A stretch of 64,000 bases of DNA. It comes from a virus. The position numbers and the translations under genes were made by a program. The stretch spans positions 64,001-128,000 of the IMG/VR virus record IMGVR_UViG_3300028045_000007; one strand, given 5' to 3'. The notes under the pieces were generated by a model. The model saw only the letters and a list, made by a program, of their open reading frames with translations, did not search any database and was not told the origin of the DNA. Position 1 is the stretch's first letter; each line of letters begins with the position of its first letter. Shown piece after piece: positions 52,274-60,332 of the stretch.

Positions 52274-52803
52274 AGCTGAATCTGGCCAGCCACGGAGACA
52301 ATCGCGAGGGGTATGTGAACGTTGACTTCGATCACCCCGCCGCCGACCTGAAGGCAGACGTTACCGATTTGTTTACGATAGAAGATGAGTCAGTCGATGA
52401 GATCCTTGCCTTTCACATCCTAGAGCACTTCCGTGCTGGACATTACGAGCCGCACCTGTCCAATCCCCTCAATCCGAGAACAGTGATAGAGGCCCTGGCC
52501 GAGTGGAAGCGTGTCCTCAAGCCGGGCGGCAGACTGGAGATCAAGGTGCCTGACTTTGAGAAGGTCATTTGGCTTTTCCAGAACTTTCCCACGTGGTCTA
52601 GGAAGCCAGGTGGTAACGATCCATTCCCCGCATACTCTGACTGGCTTGTGTCCAATGGACAGCATCAGTGTATTTTCGACAGGCCAACCATGCTAAGCGT
52701 GCTACGGGCGGTCGGCTTTCGAGACATCAACTTTGTTGACTCGTCGCCCGAGGCAGTTGTCAATCGTGAAAACATAGAAATGTATGTAGTGTGTAGTAGA
52801 TGA
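52270..52803 (+). CDS. SAM methyltransferase-like protein
   Basis: KLNLA, GYVNVD, SVDEI.A.HILEH, RVLKPGG.LEI.VPD. Confidence 0.8.
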   Translation: MKLNLASHGDNREGYVNVDFDHPAADLKADVTDLFTIEDESVDEILAFHILEHFRAGHYEPHLSNPLNPRTVIEALAEWKRVLKPGGRLEIKVPDFEKVIWLFQNFPTWSRKPGGNDPFPAYSDWLVSNGQHQCIFDRPTMLSVLRAVGFRDINFVDSSPEAVVNRENIEMYVVCSR

Positions 52804-52837
52804 TCTTGAAATTGATCATATCGATCCCATGATAAAG
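52778..52837 (+). pseudogene. HNH endonuclease remnant
   Basis: Translates KCM*CVVDDLEIDHIDPMIK; compare KCFNCGNTERLEIDHHYP in 11467..12000. Confidence 0.5.
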
Positions 52838-52852
52838 GAAAACAATAGCGTA

Positions 52853-53824
52853 ATGAAAGTACTAATCACAGGAGCCCACGGCTTCGTAGGACATCACGTC
52901 GTCCGGGAGCTTGAAAAAGAGCATGAGCTTTTGACGCCTTCGCGTCGAGAGTTGAATTTACTGTACACGACAGATCCATGCGGAGATCCACTAAGGGAAA
53001 CTGAAGAGTACTTGAGGCGTAAGTCTGTAGATGCCATTGTGCATCTTGCGGCAACCTGCGGCGGCATTGGTATCAACAAAGACAACCCCGGCAAGTTCAT
53101 GTATGACAACCTACAGATGGGGATCAACGTGCTGGAGGCAGCACGCCTCGCGAACGTCTCAAAGGTTGTGGTACTCGGAACTGTTTGTGCCTATCCTAAG
53201 TTTACACCTATTCCTTTTCGAGAAAAAGACATTTGGAATGGCTATCCAGAAGAGACAAATGCCCCCTATGGCATAGCAAAGAAGACAGTCATGGAGATGG
53301 GTATTGCGTATTCGCGTCAGTATGGCATGAACATCACCAACCTCGTTCCTGTGAATATGGCGGGCGAGTGGGACAACTTTGACGAGTACAGCAGTCACGT
53401 GATCCCAGCACTGATCAAGAAGTTTGAGAACCCACACGGTACGGCCATACCCACCGTAGAACATGGTTACTACTGTGATCCCACGGTGGTGTTGTGGGGT
53501 ACTGGTTCTGCTTCACGCGAATTCCTATATGCTGGTGATTGTGCAAGAGCTATCGCGGTAGCTCTCGTGAAAAACACTGGTCCAGAACCAATCAACCTTG
53601 GTACCGGCAACGAAGTTACTATCAAGGATCTTGCGGAATTGGTAAAGCGGGTTGGTAAGTATGACGCCAATATCGTATGGGATCCTACGAAGCCAGATGG
53701 GCAGCCCAGACGTAGCCTAGACATTACAAGGGCACAGAATGTACTGAGGTGGAACGCTACCACTTCACTCTTTGAAACGGTACGTAGAACAATTGAGTGG
53801 TATAGAACAAATGGATCAGTATAG
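52853..53824 (+). CDS. fcl: GDP-L-fucose synthase (GDP-4-keto-6-deoxymannose epimerase/reductase)
   Basis: ITGAHGFVG, HLAA.CGGI, GTVCAYPK, PYGIAK, SHVIPALI, WGTG..SREFL, KPDGQPRR. Confidence 0.92.
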   Translation: MKVLITGAHGFVGHHVVRELEKEHELLTPSRRELNLLYTTDPCGDPLRETEEYLRRKSVDAIVHLAATCGGIGINKDNPGKFMYDNLQMGINVLEAARLANVSKVVVLGTVCAYPKFTPIPFREKDIWNGYPEETNAPYGIAKKTVMEMGIAYSRQYGMNITNLVPVNMAGEWDNFDEYSSHVIPALIKKFENPHGTAIPTVEHGYYCDPTVVLWGTGSASREFLYAGDCARAIAVALVKNTGPEPINLGTGNEVTIKDLAELVKRVGKYDANIVWDPTKPDGQPRRSLDITRAQNVLRWNATTSLFETVRRTIEWYRTNGSV

Positions 53825-54296
53825 TACACATACAGAGCTTCTAAAGTTTTTGATGGACAACCTTGCCATCGAAACAGTTTTGGAGTTAGGCATGGGACAC
53901 TTCAGCACCCCGTTGTTTCGGAGCTATCCAGGCGTTAGTTTAGTTAGCCTGGACTCTGACATCAATTGGGTCAATCAATTCAGTCCCGGTCCTAATCACA
54001 CCGTTGGTGCCTACCCACTACTGGGGTTTGCTCGCAACGTGACTTGGTTTGATTTAGCTTTTGTTGATGGTAATCCAGCCAGCGAACGTGCCGCCTGTGT
54101 ACAAGAGCTTTTGCTCAAAACTAGACTGGTTGTAGCACATGACACGGGTCCAGAAGACAATTGGAATTATCACTATGACGAGATCGTATTACCAGAAGGC
54201 TTTGTGCGTTTAGACTATACGAAAAAGTCACCGTGGACATCTGTTTTCACTGCTGACGCAGAAGTTATTGCTAAGGTACAAGAGTTCAATGGGTAG
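53811..54296 (+). CDS. methyltransferase-like protein
   Basis: VLELGMG.FST, DLAFVDG, VVAHD. Confidence 0.65.
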   Translation: MDQYSTHTELLKFLMDNLAIETVLELGMGHFSTPLFRSYPGVSLVSLDSDINWVNQFSPGPNHTVGAYPLLGFARNVTWFDLAFVDGNPASERAACVQELLLKTRLVVAHDTGPEDNWNYHYDEIVLPEGFVRLDYTKKSPWTSVFTADAEVIAKVQEFNG

Positions 54297-54927
54297 AAAA
54301 ATCTTCCTAGATGTCGGGTGTAATACTGGTCAGTCTCTTGAGGCTGCACTAGACCATGACTTTGATGTCGTCTATTGTTTTGAGCCGGTGATGGAGTATT
54401 GTCAGTCGTTACAGTCTGGCGTCTTGTCTTCTGATGTCGGTTCTGGCATTGCAGAAAGACCTTACGACCAAACCAGGGTGGTCATTTGTCCCTTTGGACT
54501 TTGGGTCAATACCGAGCGTATTTCTGTACATAGTCCTCACACAATGGCAGCGTCAGTGTTTGACGACCACCAGGACAGCGAGGGCGGCACCACAGAGTGT
54601 CAGTTTGTCAAGGCTTCCGAGTGGTTACGACATCACATCACCGACGACGATTTTGTTGTCATGAAAATGAATTGTGAGGGTAGCGAGTGTACCATTCTGG
54701 ACCATCTAATGGACAGTGATACTATACACTTGATCGATCACATTATGGTTGATTTTGATGCAATGAAGATTCCGTCCCAACGCCATAGACCGCAGCGTAC
54801 TATTTGGAACCTGAACAATCATGGTGTTGATTACGTGTTCGCCGAGGACGTTATGTGCGGGGCTACCCACCACGATCGTATTTGCTATTGGCTAAAAGAA
54901 AAGGTTGAGGAGATCAATGAACGATAA
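54289..54927 (+). CDS. FkbM-family methyltransferase
   Basis: FLDVGCNTG, YCFEP, VMKMNCEGSE. Confidence 0.8.
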   Translation: MGRKIFLDVGCNTGQSLEAALDHDFDVVYCFEPVMEYCQSLQSGVLSSDVGSGIAERPYDQTRVVICPFGLWVNTERISVHSPHTMAASVFDDHQDSEGGTTECQFVKASEWLRHHITDDDFVVMKMNCEGSECTILDHLMDSDTIHLIDHIMVDFDAMKIPSQRHRPQRTIWNLNNHGVDYVFAEDVMCGATHHDRICYWLKEKVEEINER

Positions 54928-55951
54928 AACAGCAATTGTTACTGGTATTACAGGACAGGACGGATTCTATCTCGCCCACTATCTACTCTCGTTGGGCTAT
55001 CGTGTCATTGGCGTAGTGCGTCGTACGTCCATGCCCACAGACTGTCGTTTACGTACGTTGCGTGGCAGCCCCAATCTACATCTGGTACAGGGAGACGTTA
55101 CTGACATTTCCAGTTTACAAAAGGCCGTGCGTGACTTTGCTCCCGATGAGTTCTATCACCTAGGGGCACAGAGTCACGTGGCTATGTCTTGGGAGTATCC
55201 CTTGGCCACCGCAGACATCACGGGTATTGGCGTACTCAACTGTCTAGAGGCTATTCATACAGAGAAGCCAGACTGTAGATTCTATTTTGCTGGCAGCAGC
55301 GAGCAATTCGGCAATTCGATCGGTAAGCCTATCGAGGGAGAGATTCAGAACTACCTCAATGAAGATTCGCCGATGCATCCCGAGTCTCCTTACGCCGTGA
55401 GTAAGGTTTTCGGATACAATATGACTAGAGTTTATCGTAGGTCGTTCGACATGTTCGCGTCCTGCGGTATTCTGTTTAACCATGAGTCACCGGTTCGAGG
55501 TGAAGAATTTGTGACTCGCAAAATTACGAGCCAACTGGCTCGTGTGAAGTGGGGATTACAAGAGTACGTTGAGCTTGGCAATATGGACGCCTGCCGTGAC
55601 TGGGGATTCGCTGGAGACTATGTGCGTGGTATGCACGCCATACTACAGCACGATGAACCAGATGACTTCGTTCTAGCGACTGGCGAAACCAATTCCGTCA
55701 AGACGTTTTTCCAGAGATGCTGCCAGTGGTTTGATTTAGATCCGGATGAGGTCTATAAGGTCAATCCAAAGTTCATGCGTCCCAAGGACATCAACGTACT
55801 ATTGGGCGATAGCTTGAAAGCACGCAGCACGTTGGGTTGGGAGCCCACTTGTGCGTTCGATCAACTAGTAGACAAGATGTGTCAGTACGACTATCATCTA
55901 CAGTCGCCAGATCCAGCTTATACCCGTCAAGCAGACGAGTTTCTATTTTAG
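54917..55951 (+). CDS. gmd: GDP-mannose 4,6-dehydratase
   Basis: TGITGQDG, AQSHV, SPYAVSK, GILFNHESP.RG..FVTRKI, LGN.DA.RDWG.A.DYV. Confidence 0.95.
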   Translation: MNDKTAIVTGITGQDGFYLAHYLLSLGYRVIGVVRRTSMPTDCRLRTLRGSPNLHLVQGDVTDISSLQKAVRDFAPDEFYHLGAQSHVAMSWEYPLATADITGIGVLNCLEAIHTEKPDCRFYFAGSSEQFGNSIGKPIEGEIQNYLNEDSPMHPESPYAVSKVFGYNMTRVYRRSFDMFASCGILFNHESPVRGEEFVTRKITSQLARVKWGLQEYVELGNMDACRDWGFAGDYVRGMHAILQHDEPDDFVLATGETNSVKTFFQRCCQWFDLDPDEVYKVNPKFMRPKDINVLLGDSLKARSTLGWEPTCAFDQLVDKMCQYDYHLQSPDPAYTRQADEFLF

Positions 55952-55960
55952 GAGGATGAT

Positions 55961-56623
55961 ATGAAAGACCCCGATGAACACACTATTACAGATCGTGAGA
56001 AACGTACTTGGCAAGCCGGTAAGAAGGTTACCAAGCGTGAACGTCCAGAGCTAACAGTAGAACAACGCCTTCAGTTTTTGGATCTATTCGTAAAGATGGC
56101 TTCACAAGCCACGTTTGAGCGTATCCTTGGACTAGAGTCTAAAGACGTTGAGTACTATCGTCAGTTCTTTAATATAGAAAGCCATGATGAAGCACGTATT
56201 CTACTACGTAAGCTTCGTCAGGAGAACGAAGAAGGTCGCGAGGCCGCTATTGTTGCAGAAACGAAACTGGCTCGTGAGGCGGAGGTTACTGCTCAGCGAC
56301 GACTCAGTGAGATGGAAGCAAGACGTAATAGAGAACGTCCAATCCACGAAGTTGATGCTAACAAGATCAAACAAGAGGATGCCGAGCGTCAGCGTCGTTT
56401 TGCCGACCAACAAGAGAAGCTCGAAGAGCCCAAGCAGAAGTGGCAGCTACCAATGGAAGGTACGTTGATACAGCGTGAAGAGCAAGTTGATCGTTTTCGT
56501 CGTGCCATTACCAACCACGGTTATACCTTCGTTCGTAATACGTACGGAGCCACTCCGCAACAAGTAAGACATGAGGCGGGACGACTGGGCCTGAAAATCA
56601 ATTGGGATCTTGTTCGTCGCTAA
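55961..56623 (+). CDS. hypothetical charged coiled-coil protein
   Basis: AGGAGG RBS, 220 aa. Confidence 0.6.
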   Translation: MKDPDEHTITDREKRTWQAGKKVTKRERPELTVEQRLQFLDLFVKMASQATFERILGLESKDVEYYRQFFNIESHDEARILLRKLRQENEEGREAAIVAETKLAREAEVTAQRRLSEMEARRNRERPIHEVDANKIKQEDAERQRRFADQQEKLEEPKQKWQLPMEGTLIQREEQVDRFRRAITNHGYTFVRNTYGATPQQVRHEAGRLGLKINWDLVRR

Positions 56624-57345
56624 TGAAGCTCACCAAGGAGTCTTTGGAGAAACTGTATAGCTCCATGTCCATTGATGAGATGGCTGCCCACCTCGATATG
56701 GCAAAGTCTACGTTATACTATCATATGCGTAAGCTAGGTGTAACCCGTCGCTCAAAGAGCGACGCCCAACGTCAACACCTGAAGAATGCTCCGCATCAGA
56801 GGTCTGGCAAGAGTCATTCTACTGATGCGAAGGCACGTATTGCCGATGGCACGAGACGTTTCTGGGAATCGCCAGAAGGTCGTGAACAAAAGAAGCAACT
56901 AGGGACACTACGTCGTAACGAATGGAAGAAACGTTCTGCTCGTCAGCGTTCTGCTGCGATACGTCGTCTACAGTCTGCTGCACGACCTGGACCTGGGGAA
57001 TTGTCTCGTTTCGGCACGAAGCTCGCGGCGTTTTTGGAGGAACGCGAGGAAGTAAAAACGGGGATCAAGCTGACAGCCAGTCACATCTCTGACATTATTC
57101 TAGTAGACCGCAAGGTAGTGATCGAGCTACTGCTTCCCATTAGTGTTTATGGCGAGCGTCAAGAACAGAAGACGGAGGCACGGTATGACAAGCTCACATT
57201 AGAACTTGTGAGTGCTGGCTATCGCGTAGTGGTTATAGAGGATCGTTCCAACTCATTATCTAGGGCGAGGTGTGAACGAGTTTACGATGAGTTACTGAAG
57301 TTTTTCGACGACACGAGTGTACAACGATTGACCGTGGTGTCATAA
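56623..57345 (+). CDS. HTH + NUMOD3-like + degenerate PD-(D/E)XK domain protein (homing-endonuclease-like)
   Basis: N-terminal HTH (SIDEMAAHLDMAKSTLYY), GKSHSTDAKARI, DIILVDRKVVIE...AGYRVVVI. Confidence 0.55.
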   Translation: MKLTKESLEKLYSSMSIDEMAAHLDMAKSTLYYHMRKLGVTRRSKSDAQRQHLKNAPHQRSGKSHSTDAKARIADGTRRFWESPEGREQKKQLGTLRRNEWKKRSARQRSAAIRRLQSAARPGPGELSRFGTKLAAFLEEREEVKTGIKLTASHISDIILVDRKVVIELLLPISVYGERQEQKTEARYDKLTLELVSAGYRVVVIEDRSNSLSRARCERVYDELLKFFDDTSVQRLTVVS

Positions 57346-57352
57346 TAGAAGT

Positions 57353-58036
57353 ATGAGTAGAGAAATCAAAGACCTGTTTACGACTGACTGGGAAGCCGAG
57401 TTAATCGCTGGCGAAACTGTCGAGCGTTCTGAGGGACGCGATAAGTTTCGTGTGGTATTGCTGGCTGGCTTACAACGCCTTGCTCGCGAAGCTGGCATAG
57501 TAGGACAAAACTGTGTCATTCAGACTCCTGGCGAGACGATGGTGCAGGCTATTTTTACGTCACGGTTTATTGTACACAACGACGACAACACTCATCATGT
57601 TGTTGATTTTGTTGGTACTGCTGACTGCAATAAGAACAATACCTCAGGTAAGTTTGCCAGTTATCCCACTGCCGTAGCAGAGTCACGTGCAGAAGCACGT
57701 TGCTTACGGAAGGCACTTGGTATTCGTATGCTATCGTCTGAAGAGGTAGGATTTCGTGAAGGGTTTAGTGAGATCGAGGCTTCTCCAACGGGCAAGGCCG
57801 ACACTCAGCTTGTTAAAGCTATCCAAACACTCTGCGATTCCCGCAAGATAGACATTGTACAAGTCCTCGAAGAAGTTATCGAGGGAGACCGTGCTTCCAC
57901 CATTTTTGAGTTGAGTGAACTCACTACGGAAGAGGCACAGCGTGCCATGTCATGGCTTAATGGTCAGAAGCCGCACAAGAAAGAAATGACCGCTCAAGAA
58001 AAGCGAGACGCTCGCAAAAAGGAACTACAATCATGA
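57353..58036 (+). CDS. putative single-strand annealing protein (Rad52/Sak-like fold)
   Basis: GLQRLA...GTAD...YPTAVAESRAEARCLRKALGI; C-terminal ELTTEEA motif. Confidence 0.5.
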   Translation: MSREIKDLFTTDWEAELIAGETVERSEGRDKFRVVLLAGLQRLAREAGIVGQNCVIQTPGETMVQAIFTSRFIVHNDDNTHHVVDFVGTADCNKNNTSGKFASYPTAVAESRAEARCLRKALGIRMLSSEEVGFREGFSEIEASPTGKADTQLVKAIQTLCDSRKIDIVQVLEEVIEGDRASTIFELSELTTEEAQRAMSWLNGQKPHKKEMTAQEKRDARKKELQS

Positions 58037-58341
58037 AGGTTACTGTACAATCAGGTAATGTTACCGTTGAAGCCGAAGGGCAAAAAGAACTGTTTGAAAC
58101 CCTAGCGACATATCAGGAGGTTTTTGGCATCTCTTCATGCAAGGGATGCAAGGGCACTAACCTCCGGTACGTTGTTCGCAAGAAGGAAGACGGCAAGAAG
58201 AAGACACACACGTACTATGAACTCCAGTGTCAAGAGTGTCGTGCCAAGCTCCCCTTTGGGCAGCACGTCGATCAGCCCACCCTGTTTCCCAAGAATTGGA
58301 TTCGTTGGGATCGCGACAACAATCAAGAGGTAGAACTGTAG
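58033..58341 (+). CDS. Zn-ribbon hypothetical protein
   Basis: CKGC...CQEC. Confidence 0.55.
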   Translation: MKVTVQSGNVTVEAEGQKELFETLATYQEVFGISSCKGCKGTNLRYVVRKKEDGKKKTHTYYELQCQECRAKLPFGQHVDQPTLFPKNWIRWDRDNNQEVEL

Positions 58342-58829
58342 TGCCTGTCCTTTCTGTATATCCCACGGGGCCAGACTCTAAAATGCCTACCCAGTCAACA
58401 ACTAGGGCACAGTGTATTGATTTCTATGCTGCCGAAGACGCCGTAATTGATCCAGGCCAAACCGTTCTGGTTGACCTCGGCGTCAAGGTGGTTCTGCCTG
58501 AGGGATATGGACTGGAATTTCGAGAACGTTCCGGTCTTGCCGTCAAGGGGATTATCATTGGTGGTGGGATTATTGATGAAGACTATCATGGCACACTCAA
58601 GGCGATCGTGCGATATATGACTTCTATTCCTCCCGTCACGGGTGCAGCGGTACCCGAGTTCAATCCCGTGATTGTCAAAGCTGGCGACAAGATTGTGCAG
58701 GCGGAACTAGTGAAGAGAATCCCGATTGAGATTCGATGCATTAACGAAGGTGCTCTCCAGCGAGCAATAGACCATTCCCAAAGAGGCGAAAAAGGATTTG
58801 GTAGCACAGATGAAAATCCCGAATCGTAA
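58341..58829 (+). CDS. dut: trimeric dUTPase
   Basis: RSGLA, GIIDEDYHG, GDKIVQ, RGEKGFGST. Confidence 0.92.
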   Translation: MPVLSVYPTGPDSKMPTQSTTRAQCIDFYAAEDAVIDPGQTVLVDLGVKVVLPEGYGLEFRERSGLAVKGIIIGGGIIDEDYHGTLKAIVRYMTSIPPVTGAAVPEFNPVIVKAGDKIVQAELVKRIPIEIRCINEGALQRAIDHSQRGEKGFGSTDENPES

Positions 58830-59100
58830 ACCTGTAGACAAGCGTGCTTTTCAGTGTCCGCAGTGCAATAAGATGCGTATGGTACGCGACCTCGATCACG
58901 AGGTAAGTACTGTCAAACAGGATTACAAAACACGCGATGGCAGTACTATTTCTCTGATCGTAGACATTTGCGACTACTGTCAACATCGTAACCAGAAGAA
59001 GTATTTCGAGCCCACGCGGGCGGATCTGCGTCGTGCCATTAAAGCAATGCACACGAAGGCCGAACTGTCAGAAGAGGAGACCCTAGAAGATCTATTGTAA
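58810..59100 (+). CDS. Zn-ribbon hypothetical protein
   Basis: CPQC...CDYC. Confidence 0.5.
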   Translation: MKIPNRKPVDKRAFQCPQCNKMRMVRDLDHEVSTVKQDYKTRDGSTISLIVDICDYCQHRNQKKYFEPTRADLRRAIKAMHTKAELSEEETLEDLL

Positions 59101-60332
59101 TGGCTCAACATAACAACTATTGGTTCGGCACACGCCCGACGCGACAATCTGTTTCGTCGGGCCTTATTCGCACTGTAGATACACTCATCATCGGTGGTGG
59201 CATTGCTGGGATAACCTTATTGGGTCGCCTTATCGGTAGCGGCGTTACTAATACGTATCTCGTTGAAGATAGCACTGTCGGTTACCATGCTTCTGGTCGC
59301 AGTGCTGGTCAACTCATGTTACGTGGCGGCGAACTGTTCTCGCAAATGCCCCAGAAAGATGGCATCGAGTATTTACAGTTTATGATTGATAACAATCAGC
59401 GATTCATAAACGGACTCCGTAACACAAAGTCCGATACGGATTTACGTGAGTCTGGTGGGTTGAGACTTGCTACCACGCACGAAGAATTTGAGTTGCTCAA
59501 ACAAGAGTCCGAGTTTATTTTACAACACGGTAACATAGACTGTCCCATCCTGACGACCAGCGAACTCAAGACGTTTTTTCCCCACAATTGTGGCTTCACT
59601 GGTGGAATATATGTGCCTACCGAGGCGACGTGTAACCCGTATAAGGTTGTGAACGAATTGCGGGAACTTATTGAGGACAAAGGAGCTAGGGTGCTTACGG
59701 GTTGTTGTGTAGATGATGTTATACGCAACCCCGACGATAGTTTCAGTGTGTCAATTCGTCACAAGGGCACCATCAAAGCGAAGCGAATAGTGTATTGTAT
59801 GGGAGCATATACCTCAGAACTGTTGCCCGAACTGGCGGAGTATACAGAAAGCTTTAGAGGTCAAATGATTGCTACCGACACCTTGGAAGATAGCGTGCTA
59901 CAGTCATTGCCTCAGATGAGCGTTACGTATAACCACGGCAATGAATATTGGCGTCTGTATGCTGGCCGACTATTGGCTGGTGGCATGCGTCATTCTATTC
60001 GCGGTGCTCAAGTGGGCATTAGCGATGACGGCGAGTTCAGTCCTGCGGTGTATGATAGGCTACGTCAGTTCATTAAGGACACGTTGCCGGTCACTAAAAG
60101 AGTCAAATTTACGCACGTATGGTCTGGTGTAATGAGTAAAACACTGGACCAATTGCCGTTAATTGGTTCGCTTCCTGGTCGTCCCAACGAATTTGTATTT
60201 ACCTGCTTCAATGGCTATGGCTATAGCCACGTTATGCATGGTAGTATGATTTTAAAGGACATCGTAATCAATGGCGAGTCAATGCGTCCTGGTGCCCGGC
60301 TATTCGATCCCGCGAGGTTTAATCATGCTTGA
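59100..60332 (+). CDS. FAD-dependent oxidoreductase (DAO/PuuB-like)
   Basis: IIGGGIAG, ASGRSAG, WSG..T.D.LPLIG, FNGYG. Confidence 0.85.
   Translation: MAQHNNYWFGTRPTRQSVSSGLIRTVDTLIIGGGIAGITLLGRLIGSGVTNTYLVEDSTVGYHASGRSAGQLMLRGGELFSQMPQKDGIEYLQFMIDNNQRFINGLRNTKSDTDLRESGGLRLATTHEEFELLKQESEFILQHGNIDCPILTTSELKTFFPHNCGFTGGIYVPTEATCNPYKVVNELRELIEDKGARVLTGCCVDDVIRNPDDSFSVSIRHKGTIKAKRIVYCMGAYTSELLPELAEYTESFRGQMIATDTLEDSVLQSLPQMSVTYNHGNEYWRLYAGRLLAGGMRHSIRGAQVGISDDGEFSPAVYDRLRQFIKDTLPVTKRVKFTHVWSGVMSKTLDQLPLIGSLPGRPNEFVFTCFNGYGYSHVMHGSMILKDIVINGESMRPGARLFDPARFNHA

Noticed and set aside
35823-55951. DNA hypermodification or host O-antigen conversion as the island's role
   Set aside because: No hydroxymethylase or base-activating enzyme and no membrane flippase/polymerase recognised in the window; dut plus thyX indicate normal thymine; GCGC avoidance suggests unprotected DNA. 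Disfavoured, not excluded
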